From: Minisyncoccota bacterium
GTDB taxonomy: Bacteria > Patescibacteriota > Minisyncoccia > Phycocordibacterales > CAJBRS01
Length of the DNA: 64,000 nucleotides
Direction of reading: 5' to 3'
NCBI GenBank assembly: GCA_035652395.1
Contig: DASRDX010000009.1
Span: 62,642 to 126,641, forward strand
Part shown: piece after piece, positions 37,576 to 45,452 of the stretch
How positions within the stretch are numbered: position 1 is the first letter of the stretch
Layout of the letters: every line of letters begins with the position of its first letter
Made by a program: the position numbers and the translations under genes
The notes under the pieces: model-generated
Databases searched by the model: none
Told to the model about the DNA's origin: nothing
The model's input: the letters and a program-made list of their open reading frames with translations, nothing else

Positions 37576-39405
37576 ATGGAAAATATTAGGAACTTTTCTA
37601 TCATCGCCCATATTGATCACGGCAAGTCGACGCTGGCTGATAGGATGTTGGAGATTACCCATACGATTGAGAAACGGAAGATGAAAGAACAGGTATTGGA
37701 TGATATGGAACTGGAGCGGGAAAAGGGCATTACCATTAAAATGCGGCCGGTCAGGATGGAATATAAAAATCCAGCCGACGGGCAAGCCTACGTTTTAAAT
37801 CTCATAGATACGCCTGGACATATAGATTTCTCCTATGAAGTCTCCCGAGCTCTAAAGGCGGTAGAGGGCTCTATTCTATTAGTAGACGCTACCCAGGGGG
37901 TACAAGCCCAGACTCTTACTACTTTGGGCATGGCTAGAAATTCAGGCCTGACTATTATCCCCGTTTTATCCAAAGTAGATTCGCCTTTAGCTCGTATTCC
38001 GGAAGTGAAGGAAGAAGTGGCCAAATTGTTAGATTGTCCGATTGAAAGCATTTTAGAAACCTCGGGAAAAACAGGGGAGGGGGTGGAGAAGCTTTTGGAA
38101 GAGATTGTTAAAAGAGTGCCGCCGCCAAGCACTTTTGATTCGCCGGTAAACGAAGGCGATTCAAAAGTGCGTGGCGGTCCAAAAGAGAGCTTTCGCTCCC
38201 TCGTCTTTGACTTCCAATATTCAAATCACAAAGGAGTAATCGTCTACGTTCGCGTCTTTGAAGGAAAAGTGGCAAAAGGAGAAGAATTACTTTTCCGTAT
38301 TGCCGAAGAGAAGTTTTTTGCGCTCGAGGTCGGAGTTTTTAAACCCGAAGAAGCGCCCGCGCCATCTTTAGGCGCGGGCGAAATCGGCTACATCGTCACC
38401 GGTATTAAAAAACCCGGTATTGCCTCCGTTGGAGATACTGTTACTTTACTGAAGCGGCCGGCCGAAGCTCTTCCCGGTTACGAAAGGCCCTCACCTGTAG
38501 TTTGGGCCTCCATTTACCCTGAAGATGCCGATGATTTCGACTTACTTCGACAGGCCCTTGGAAGATTGCGCCTCTCCGATTCGTCCTTTTCATACGAGGA
38601 AGAATCTTCAGGATCGCTGGGGCGCGGTTTCAGATGTGGTTTCTTGGGTTTACTTCACCTTGAAATTATTACTGAAAGATTGAAACGTGAATTTCGCTTG
38701 AAATTAATTATTGCCACCCCCTCTATCACCTACGAAATTAAATATAAAAATGGAAAAACGGCTACTATTTATTCACCCTCGCTTTTTCCCGAGCAAAATG
38801 AAATTGAAAGTATTCTCGAGCCGTGGATGAGACTGCAAATTATTTCGCCGTCTGAATACTTGGGTAAAATTACCCAACTACTCTATGAGCACGAAGCCGA
38901 TCTGGATCACTCCGAAACTTTCGGGGATAACCGAACCAACTTAACGGTGCTGATACCGCTGCGGGAACTGATGCGTAACTTTTTTGATGAATTAAAAAGC
39001 GTCTCTTCAGGCTTCGCCTCTCTTTCATATGAATTTGAGGAAATGCGACCAGCCGAAGTGGCTCGTTTGGATATTTTAGTGGCGGATGAGCCGGTGGAAG
39101 CTTTTACCCGAGTGGTTTCCACTCGGCGGGTTCAGGAGGAAGCGGAAAAAGCCGTGGAAAAACTTTACGGGGTTTTGCCGCGCCAGCTATTCGTTACTAA
39201 AATTCAAGGCAGAGCTTTAGGTAGAATCCTTTCCTCAAGAACTCTTTCGGCCTTACGCAAAGACGTTACCGGCTATCTATACGGCGGAGATATCACTCGA
39301 AAGATGAAGCTCTTGGAAAAGCAGAAGAAAGGCAAAAAGAAAATGAAGGAGCGCGGTAAAGTAAATATTCCGCACGAAACCTTCTTAAAGATGATGAAAA
39401 GTTAG
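37576..39405 (+). CDS. lepA: Elongation factor 4 (LepA)
   Basis: IRNFSIIAHIDHGKSTLADRMLE, DTPGHIDF, NKVD-like SKVD, and the LepA-specific C-terminal domain ...GGDITRKMKLLEKQKKGKKKMK. Confidence 0.92.
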   Translation: MENIRNFSIIAHIDHGKSTLADRMLEITHTIEKRKMKEQVLDDMELEREKGITIKMRPVRMEYKNPADGQAYVLNLIDTPGHIDFSYEVSRALKAVEGSILLVDATQGVQAQTLTTLGMARNSGLTIIPVLSKVDSPLARIPEVKEEVAKLLDCPIESILETSGKTGEGVEKLLEEIVKRVPPPSTFDSPVNEGDSKVRGGPKESFRSLVFDFQYSNHKGVIVYVRVFEGKVAKGEELLFRIAEEKFFALEVGVFKPEEAPAPSLGAGEIGYIVTGIKKPGIASVGDTVTLLKRPAEALPGYERPSPVVWASIYPEDADDFDLLRQALGRLRLSDSSFSYEEESSGSLGRGFRCGFLGLLHLEIITERLKREFRLKLIIATPSITYEIKYKNGKTATIYSPSLFPEQNEIESILEPWMRLQIISPSEYLGKITQLLYEHEADLDHSETFGDNRTNLTVLIPLRELMRNFFDELKSVSSGFASLSYEFEEMRPAEVARLDILVADEPVEAFTRVVSTRRVQEEAEKAVEKLYGVLPRQLFVTKIQGRALGRILSSRTLSALRKDVTGYLYGGDITRKMKLLEKQKKGKKKMKERGKVNIPHETFLKMMKS

Positions 39406-39587
39406 GCGGCTGGCAGTCGTCTCAGGCAATAGGAAAAGAGTTATTGAAAAGCTGGAAAGTAGAGCATAATCATGCCTAAAATCATGATCGCCGCTACGAT
39501 AGTCATTATAATCTGCAGAGTCTTTCTATGTTTTGGGTTAAAAAACATCTCTTTTAGGTTTAAGAAATTCATTATATCATACGGATA

Positions 39588-39980
39588 ATGCGGGAATTTC
39601 GAGAACGTAAAAAAATTAAGAAGCGCATCTATTCCAAGACAGTGGTAATAATTTTAGCTATTTTACTTGCTCTTTTAATTGAAGGGACCTGGAAAGTTTT
39701 CCAAAAAGAACGGGAGAGTGCGGCCAACTTGTGGCGAGTTAATAACCAGCTTTCGGAACTTCAGGCTCGAAATACCGCCCTGTCAGATGATGTGGCGGCC
39801 CTCCAGACTGATCAGGGGATTGAGAGTGAGATTCGCAGCAAATATCAGGTGGCCAAGTCAGGGGAGCAGGTCATAGTCATTGTGGACAAGGATAATACAG
39901 CTAGTTCAACTCCTCCCGGTAATTTCTTAGTCCGCTGGTGGGATAATTTTCTTAGTCTTTTTAAAAGAAAGACTAAATAG
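39588..39980 (+). CDS. ftsB: Septum formation initiator family protein (FtsB/DivIC-like)
   Basis: Single N-terminal TM then coiled coil NQLSELQARNTALSDDVAALQTDQGIESEIRSKY. Confidence 0.6.
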   Translation: MREFRERKKIKKRIYSKTVVIILAILLALLIEGTWKVFQKERESAANLWRVNNQLSELQARNTALSDDVAALQTDQGIESEIRSKYQVAKSGEQVIVIVDKDNTASSTPPGNFLVRWWDNFLSLFKRKTK

Positions 39981-40024
39981 CGAGATTAGTTCAATGGTAG
40001 AACACATGCTTCCCACCCCGACAG
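39980..40024 (+). pseudogene. Truncated 5' half of a tRNA-Gly-like gene (acceptor, D-arm, anticodon 5' stem and loop only)
   Basis: GCGAGATTAGTTCAATGGTAGAACACATGCTTCCCAC, then a non-tRNA sequence. Parallel to the intact tRNA-Gly 8 nt downstream. Confidence 0.6.
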
Positions 40025-40031
40025 TAAAATT

Positions 40032-40102
40032 GCGAGTGTCGTATAGTGGTAATACGTCTGCTTCCCAAGCAGATAACGCGAGTTCGATTCTCGCCACTCG
40101 CA
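40032..40102 (+). tRNA. tRNA-Gly (anticodon CCC)
   Basis: GCGAGTGTCGTATAGTGGTAATACGTCTGCTTCCCAAGCAGATAACGCGAGTTCGATTCTCGCCACTCGCA, a cloverleaf with T-loop TTCGATT. Confidence 0.85.
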
Positions 40103-40139
40103 CTAATGTTAGATTCGCAATTTACCACAGGATAAGAGC

Positions 40140-40315
40140 ATGAAATTGGTTCAATAATTCTATGGCAATAAGCCTAACACTCGAATATTCGGACTATGAG
40201 AAATGTTTTTCCCGTATCTCGCACTTTACAGAGTTCGATAATTCTATGGCACCGAGCCCCAATATACGAATATTCGGACGATGAGAGATATTTTTCTCGC
40301 CACTCGCACTAATTA
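40140..40315 (+). repeat. Two degenerate tRNA-derived repeat units (about 87 nt each) containing TAATTCTATGGCA and CGAATATTCGGAC; unit 2 ends with a 19-nt copy of the tRNA-Gly 3' end
   Basis: 40151-40195 and 40231-40280 share GTTCGATAATTCTATGGCA...CGAATATTCGGAC. 40296-40314 TCTCGCCACTCGCACTAAT is identical to 40090-40108. Confidence 0.6.
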
Positions 40316-40369
40316 CGATTTTAATTTTTATTTAAGGTTTTTTCATGCTCGATAGTTTAGAATCGGCGC

Positions 40370-40879
40370 ATGAAAAAATTATTTATTCGGGCGCCGGCCT
40401 GCGGCCGGCGCCTCAGGAATTATCAGATATCCCACGCCGGCTTCACCCTGATCGAAATTCTGGTGGTCATTGGCATTATTGCCATTCTGGCGGCCGTCGT
40501 GCTGGTGGCTATTAATCCGGCGCGGCAATTTAAACTGGCTCGGGACTCCCAACGCCAGAGTAACGTCACCGCTATCCTAAACGCCGTCGGCCAGAATCTG
40601 GCCGAAAACAAAGGCATTTTTACTTGCGGTAGCGCCTCTACTTCCATTCCCAACACCAAGACTCTTATGAAAAGCAGCGGCGGTTTTGATGTTGGACCTT
40701 GTTTAGTGCCGACTTACATTTCTACCTTACCGTTTGATCCGAGTGCCACTGGCGCACATTATAGCAGTAATAGTGATTACGATACCGGCTACACCATTGC
40801 TACCGACTCAGACGGACGCATTACCATTAGCGCACCAGCCACTGAAGTAGCCAGCCAGGAAATTTCAGTGACTAGATAA
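40370..40879 (+). CDS. Type IV pilin / pseudopilin-like protein (prepilin-type N-terminal cleavage/methylation motif)
   Basis: GFTLIEILVVIGIIAILAAVVLVAI, the class III signal peptide and hydrophobic helix of type IV pilins. The start codon is uncertain because the leader is long. Confidence 0.7.
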   Translation: MKKLFIRAPACGRRLRNYQISHAGFTLIEILVVIGIIAILAAVVLVAINPARQFKLARDSQRQSNVTAILNAVGQNLAENKGIFTCGSASTSIPNTKTLMKSSGGFDVGPCLVPTYISTLPFDPSATGAHYSSNSDYDTGYTIATDSDGRITISAPATEVASQEISVTR

Positions 40880-40940
40880 ATATAAATTTCCTGCGTCGCA
40901 AATAAAAATGACGGAAGAAATTCTTCCGCCACTATCCGAA

Positions 40941-41198
40941 TTAGTATCGACAGCCGCAATCCCTATAAATAATCACGGGCTCGGGTTGCATCCACTGCCA
41001 ACCACCGCCGATGAAAATCCAGCGAGGTTGAGGATAAAAAACCCGGAAATCTCTGTGCGATCCCCCATGATACCCATAACCTCCTTGTGAGTGGTCAAAA
41101 TTTCGGTAGTACATTCTACCGCGCCGACCTTGTGAGTTCCCTGAACTAGGCACAAAAGTCAAAGTCAGGGCCAAGATAACCATCATTAGTCTATTCAT
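40941..41198 (-). CDS. Hypothetical small secreted Gly/Tyr/Arg-rich protein
   Basis: Signal-like MNRLMMVILALTLTFVPSSG, then GYGYHGG. Confidence 0.4.
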   Translation of the reverse strand: MNRLMMVILALTLTFVPSSGNSQGRRGRMYYRNFDHSQGGYGYHGGSHRDFRVFYPQPRWIFIGGGWQWMQPEPVIIYRDCGCRY

Positions 41199-41249
41199 TA
41201 TGTCTCCTTCTAAACAGACTTTAGCACTTCAGGATTGAGGAGGCAAGGC

Positions 41250-41678
41250 TCAATAAGATTGGTCAGTTTCAAAATTATCGTACATATTTTCCTCAGCCAT
41301 TTTGTTGATTTCCGGTAGGGAAGTCTCGTCTTCTTTAAGTGGGGCACTTTTATCGCGGTCAACAAAAGTAAAAGATAAAAATTCGCTACCCTTTACGACA
41401 TCGTTGTTACATCGAAAGGTCAGACGATCCGCCTCAAAAATATCAAAAAATTCTTCCCAGCCAATAGGTTCGGCATTCTCGGAATTATCTCCAAAGATTA
41501 TACGTAAGATGCCTTTACCACTCCCGTCTTCCGAATCTCCGCCGATAGCCGGAGTGCCGCCCCACTTTAGAATCCAATTTTTAATTACTTCATGATCGGT
41601 GGTTGCCTGCATATTGTCAAAAATTAGTTTATTAAGACGTACATAAAACCTGACGCTTTGGTGCCCGGAATCTTTCAA
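41250..41678 (-). CDS. Hypothetical protein
   Basis: 142-aa ORF with no motif recognised. Confidence 0.45.
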   Translation of the reverse strand: MKDSGHQSVRFYVRLNKLIFDNMQATTDHEVIKNWILKWGGTPAIGGDSEDGSGKGILRIIFGDNSENAEPIGWEEFFDIFEADRLTFRCNNDVVKGSEFLSFTFVDRDKSAPLKEDETSLPEINKMAEENMYDNFETDQSY

Positions 41679-41747
41679 GGATCCTTATTTTAAGCCATAT
41701 TTTTGAAATATTGCTACCCATTTTAAAGGTTGATATACTTAAGCCCT

Positions 41748-41981
41748 ATGAAAAACGTATCAATTTACACCACCGATACTTGCACCTATTGCAAGATGGC
41801 TAAGGAGCTCTTTAAGGAGCACAATATTAAATATAATGAATATAACGTCGGAACTGATTTAGAGAAGCGACAGGAAATGATTGATAAGAGCGGACAGCTA
41901 GGCGTGCCTGTAATCGTCATTGATGATGAAGTGATGGTGGGTTTTGATGCAGATACTTTAAAGCAAACTCTCGGCGTATAA
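41748..41981 (+). CDS. Glutaredoxin-like protein (NrdH/YruB type)
   Basis: IYTTDTCTYCKMAKELF (CxxC) ...GVPVIVIDDEVMVGF thioredoxin fold. Internal ATG at 41748. Terminator at 42003-42037. Confidence 0.75.
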   Translation: MKNVSIYTTDTCTYCKMAKELFKEHNIKYNEYNVGTDLEKRQEMIDKSGQLGVPVIVIDDEVMVGFDADTLKQTLGV

Positions 41982-42065
41982 AGTTAAATGGGAATCTAAA
42001 CGAACAACAAAGCGGCTGCCAAAGGCAGCCGCTTTGTTGTAGTATGTATGATGTCCTTCTTATCC

Positions 42066-42110
42066 GCCCTCGTAGTTCAATGGAGAACAACACCCCGCCT
42101 AAGGGTATAA
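42066..42110 (+). pseudogene. Truncated 5' half of a tRNA-Arg-like gene
   Basis: CCCTCGTAGTTCAATGGAGAACAACACCCCGCCTAAGGGT parallels positions 1-45 of the adjacent tRNA-Arg but lacks the T-arm. Confidence 0.55.
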
Positions 42111-42116
42111 TTATTT

Positions 42117-42189
42117 GCTCCTGTAGTTCAACGGATAGAACGGATCCGTCCTAAGGATTTAATGTAGGTTCAATTCCTACCAGGAGCAC
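42117..42189 (+). tRNA. tRNA-Arg (anticodon CCT)
   Basis: GCTCCTGTAGTTCAACGGATAGAACGGATCCGTCCTAAGGATTTAATGTAGGTTCAATTCCTACCAGGAGCA. Confidence 0.8.
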
Positions 42190-42218
42190 AAGCCAGAAAT
42201 CTGAACCCCAATAATAAT

Positions 42219-43094
42219 ATGATTTTAACTACTAAAGCATCAAAAGATTACGAACTTCTTGATAGTGGAGAAGGAGAAAAGCTGGAGCGGTATGGCCAAT
42301 ATATTTTAGTCCGTCCCGATCCACAAGCTCTTTGGCCGAAAAATCTTTCGGTAAAAGAATGGGAAAAGGCCGTCGGTCGCTTCGCGACCGACGGCCACAG
42401 CAAAGGCTCTTGGAAATTCAAATCCAAGATTCCGGAAAGCTGGCATATTGAGCTCGGCACTCTGAATTTCATCATTAAACCAACGCCGTTCAAACATGTA
42501 GGTATTTTTCCAGAGCAACTTTCAAACTGGCAGTGGATTGAAGAAAAAGTAAAAGCGGCTGCCAAGACCACAGGGCAGCCGCCCGCCATTCTTAACCTCT
42601 TCGGTTATACCGGCGGTGCCACTTTAGCCGCGGCTCAAGCCGGCGCTTCGGTTACTCACCTCGACAGCTCAAGAAGCACTATTAATTGGGCTAAACAAAA
42701 TGCCGAAATTTCCAACCTTAAGGAAAAACCCATCCGCTGGATTTTAGATGATGTTCGGAAATTTCTAAAAAGGGAAGTGAAGCGGGCTGTTAAATACGAC
42801 GGCATCATTATGGATCCACCGGCTTTTGGCCGTGGTCCGAACGGAGAAGTCTGGAAAATCGAAGAGCATTTTGTGGAGCTTTTGGATTTAGCTTTCCTCA
42901 CTCTTTCCAAAAAACCAATATTTTTCTTAATAAACGGTTATGCTTCGGGTTATTCTGCTATTGCTTATGAAAATAATCTCCAAACGCTTGCTTCCAAATT
43001 TGGCGGCCAAATTGAAAAAGGAGAATTAACTATCGAAGAATCCCAAAGCAAACGACTTTTACCGTCCGGGATTTTTGCAAGATGGATTATATAA
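42219..43094 (+). CDS. Class I SAM-dependent methyltransferase (RlmI/COG1092-like)
   Basis: LNLFGYTGGATLAAAQAGASVTHLDSS (motif I) and IIMDPPAFG (motif IV). Confidence 0.65.
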   Translation: MILTTKASKDYELLDSGEGEKLERYGQYILVRPDPQALWPKNLSVKEWEKAVGRFATDGHSKGSWKFKSKIPESWHIELGTLNFIIKPTPFKHVGIFPEQLSNWQWIEEKVKAAAKTTGQPPAILNLFGYTGGATLAAAQAGASVTHLDSSRSTINWAKQNAEISNLKEKPIRWILDDVRKFLKREVKRAVKYDGIIMDPPAFGRGPNGEVWKIEEHFVELLDLAFLTLSKKPIFFLINGYASGYSAIAYENNLQTLASKFGGQIEKGELTIEESQSKRLLPSGIFARWII

Positions 43095-43383
43095 AAAAAG
43101 AGAGCCCAATGATTTAAAAATTATCATTGAGCTCTCAGCATGACAAGACCGGTAAAACGCTAAACCGTGAAAACGCGAAAATGCGAAACGAGGGAGCACT
43201 GCTCAACCAGAGACGTTACCCGCCTTACGGTGCACCATAGGCCTCACGCATAGTTAAGTGGACCAACTCCTGGCTTTCCCGTTCATTTCTGAACAGTTGG
43301 GCTTGTTTGATGATCCCGTATCCGTTCTTATCCTATCTAAATTTTAATGTCTGTCAAATTTATGATATAAATTAAGCTTCTAT
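43095..43383 (-). ncRNA. Candidate small RNA locus (minus-strand terminator hairpin at 43098-43140 plus T-tract; 8-nt tandem repeats)
   Basis: There is no ORF. On the minus strand the hairpin GAGAGCTCAATGATAATTTTTAAATCATTGGGCTCTC is followed by TTTTTTT. 43157-43200 holds five tandem GAAAACGC-like units. Confidence 0.35.
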
Positions 43384-43456
43384 GCCGAGGTAGCTCAGTT
43401 GGTAGAGCATTTGCCTGAAGAGCAAGGGGTCGCCGGTTCGAGCCCGGCCCTCGGCA
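43384..43456 (+). tRNA. tRNA-Phe (anticodon GAA)
   Basis: GCCGAGGTAGCTCAGTTGGTAGAGCATTTGCCTGAAGAGCAAGGGGTCGCCGGTTCGAGCCCGGCCCTCGGCA. Confidence 0.9.
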
Positions 43457-43500
43457 CTAAAATAATAACCGCCAATTCTAATTGGCGGTTATTATTTTAG
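43457..43500. terminator. 21-bp perfect palindrome after tRNA-Phe (bidirectional terminator-like)
   Basis: CTAAAATAATAACCGCCAATT CT AATTGGCGGTTATTATTTTAG. Confidence 0.6.
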
Positions 43501-43607
43501 TGCCGTAAAGTCCGTATAGCTTAAGCAATTATGTGGCAAGAAGCTATTAACCTCCAAAATTCAAACAATGAGAAGTATTTTCCGGCCCTCGACTTTGTAT
43601 AATTGAT

Positions 43608-43862
43608 CTACTTTCCGAAGAAATTGCCAACCGTGGGCAATTGGTGGCCTGTTAAAAAGACGTAAGAAGCAGACAGCCGATCAATAACCGGCTTCAAATA
43701 ATAGAAAGCGCCGATAGCTAAACCAATGATAATTGCCCACCTAATAATTGAAAAAACAGTAGACCAGCGGGCCGATCGGTACATATATCGAAGCATTCGG
43801 TTATTTTCCTCTCCCAATTTAATATTTTCCCGAAGCAGATTTTTTAATTCCGGATCATCCAT
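43608..43862 (-). CDS. Hypothetical small membrane protein
   Basis: 84 aa with two hydrophobic helices. Confidence 0.45.
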   Translation of the reverse strand: MDDPELKNLLRENIKLGEENNRMLRYMYRSARWSTVFSIIRWAIIIGLAIGAFYYLKPVIDRLSASYVFLTGHQLPTVGNFFGK

Positions 43863-44182
43863 GCCTCAATTATAACAAACTCTGAAACTAGACCAAATTT
43901 TATTGATATGATAATCTCGGGGAAATGTTCAAAAAAATTCTATTTACGCTTTTCTGCGCCGCTCTGTTTGCAGAGATTCTAGCCAAGCAGCCTTTATCAC
44001 CAACCTATCTCACTTTAAAGATTCTCTGCTCTGCAGCTTTAATCCGTAGTTTAGTAGTTTGGCTCCAGCGCCATCCAGAAGAACAGGCCTCATCAAGAGT
44101 TATTTTTCGAGCTCACTGGCTCTCTTAGGTCTGTGGGTTCGAATCAAACCCGACATCTATATGTCGGGTCTTTTATTTTAAA

Positions 44183-44677
44183 TTATGATGCTCTTACTCG
44201 TAGTTTTGCTTGCCTTTCCTTGTCTACCTTCGGCAGCTTAACGGTCAAAAGTCCTTGATTTTCTATAGCCTCCGCACCCTCTATTTCAATTTCATGCGGC
44301 AAAAGCACGGTCCGAGAGAAAGCTCCCCAATAAAGCTCTTTATGAAAGTAATCCTGCTCCGAAATACCCGGCTCTTCGTTGCGACGGCCCTTAATGGTGA
44401 CCATGTCTCGGGTAATAGAAATATCCAAATCTTCCCGCCGTACGCCGGCTACCATTGTTCTAATCACAATTTCGCGAGGCGTCTGATAAACATCTACTGA
44501 AAGCTCACCCTCGCCGGTGTCTTCTTCCAGCCAGTTACTGGTGGCTTTTTCCCGATTAGTAATAGGGTTGAAACTTCTCTCCGGTGCGGAATTTGCATCC
44601 TCTGATTCATCTTCATATTCATCCACGTTGATACTGCCGGTTAGTCGCTCAAAAAATGATTTTTTATCTTTGGCCAT
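44183..44677 (-). CDS. Hsp20/alpha-crystallin family small heat-shock protein
   Basis: VDVYQTPREIVIRTMVAGV...ELYWGAFSRTVLLP...LLTVKLPK, an alpha-crystallin domain pattern. Confidence 0.85.
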   Translation of the reverse strand: MAKDKKSFFERLTGSINVDEYEDESEDANSAPERSFNPITNREKATSNWLEEDTGEGELSVDVYQTPREIVIRTMVAGVRREDLDISITRDMVTIKGRRNEEPGISEQDYFHKELYWGAFSRTVLLPHEIEIEGAEAIENQGLLTVKLPKVDKERQAKLRVRAS

Positions 44678-44687
44678 AAATAATTAT

Positions 44688-45452
44688 TTAAGAAGTTCGT
44701 TTAATAGTTTTAACTTTTTCAAATACAAGAATGAGAAGAATCACGCAAAGCCAGACAGCGCCGAAAATTAGAAATAAATCCCCTCCCGCCTTAATTATAA
44801 AGAAATTAAAGAGTCCATGCAACACAACAGCCAAGACTAGGCCAATAATTAAATACAGTCTTCTTTGCCAAGGTGGTTTATAAAAGGCAAAAGCAATAAA
44901 AATACCGATAGTAGCTGAAGAGATAACATGGAGCAGGTTAGCTCCCAAAAATCGCAAATTACCAGTTACCACGCTATTGAAGAGATTATTTTGAAGGATA
45001 GGAGTATTTAGAAAGAAGATATTTTCCAGCGCCGCGAATCCCAGCGCGGCGCTGATAAGGTAAATTGCCGGATCAATCGGTTCATCGTTGTAAGGCGTAT
45101 TGATGCAGCTAAAATAGGCTGCCCAATATTTGAAAATTTCTTCCACCAGAGCAAAAATAAAGAATATCAACAGAGTAGCTTGAGTAGGATCCGGTTGAAT
45201 TAGATGCTCAAGACCCACCGCAATTAAAACGGCGATGATTCCGGCCCCGAAAGAACGCCAGATGATTTTTTTTGGTTCGGGATGCAGGCGATCTTCCTGA
45301 ATCCAGAAAAAGAGCCAAACGCAAGAAGGAACCACTCCTCCCAGGATGGCCCATACGGCCACCTGCGGATGAACAGATGTGAAGATCAGAGCTGCTATTA
45401 AAATCCGCAGAGGGTAAATCAGGAGCGAAATGATAATTAAAATTAATCTCAT
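44688..45452 (-). CDS. PrsW-like intramembrane protease family protein
   Basis: VEEIFKYWA (EExxK), LHVISSA (FxxxH-like) and HGLFNF motifs within a polytopic membrane protein. Confidence 0.55.
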   Translation of the reverse strand: MRLILIIISLLIYPLRILIAALIFTSVHPQVAVWAILGGVVPSCVWLFFWIQEDRLHPEPKKIIWRSFGAGIIAVLIAVGLEHLIQPDPTQATLLIFFIFALVEEIFKYWAAYFSCINTPYNDEPIDPAIYLISAALGFAALENIFFLNTPILQNNLFNSVVTGNLRFLGANLLHVISSATIGIFIAFAFYKPPWQRRLYLIIGLVLAVVLHGLFNFFIIKAGGDLFLIFGAVWLCVILLILVFEKVKTIKRTS

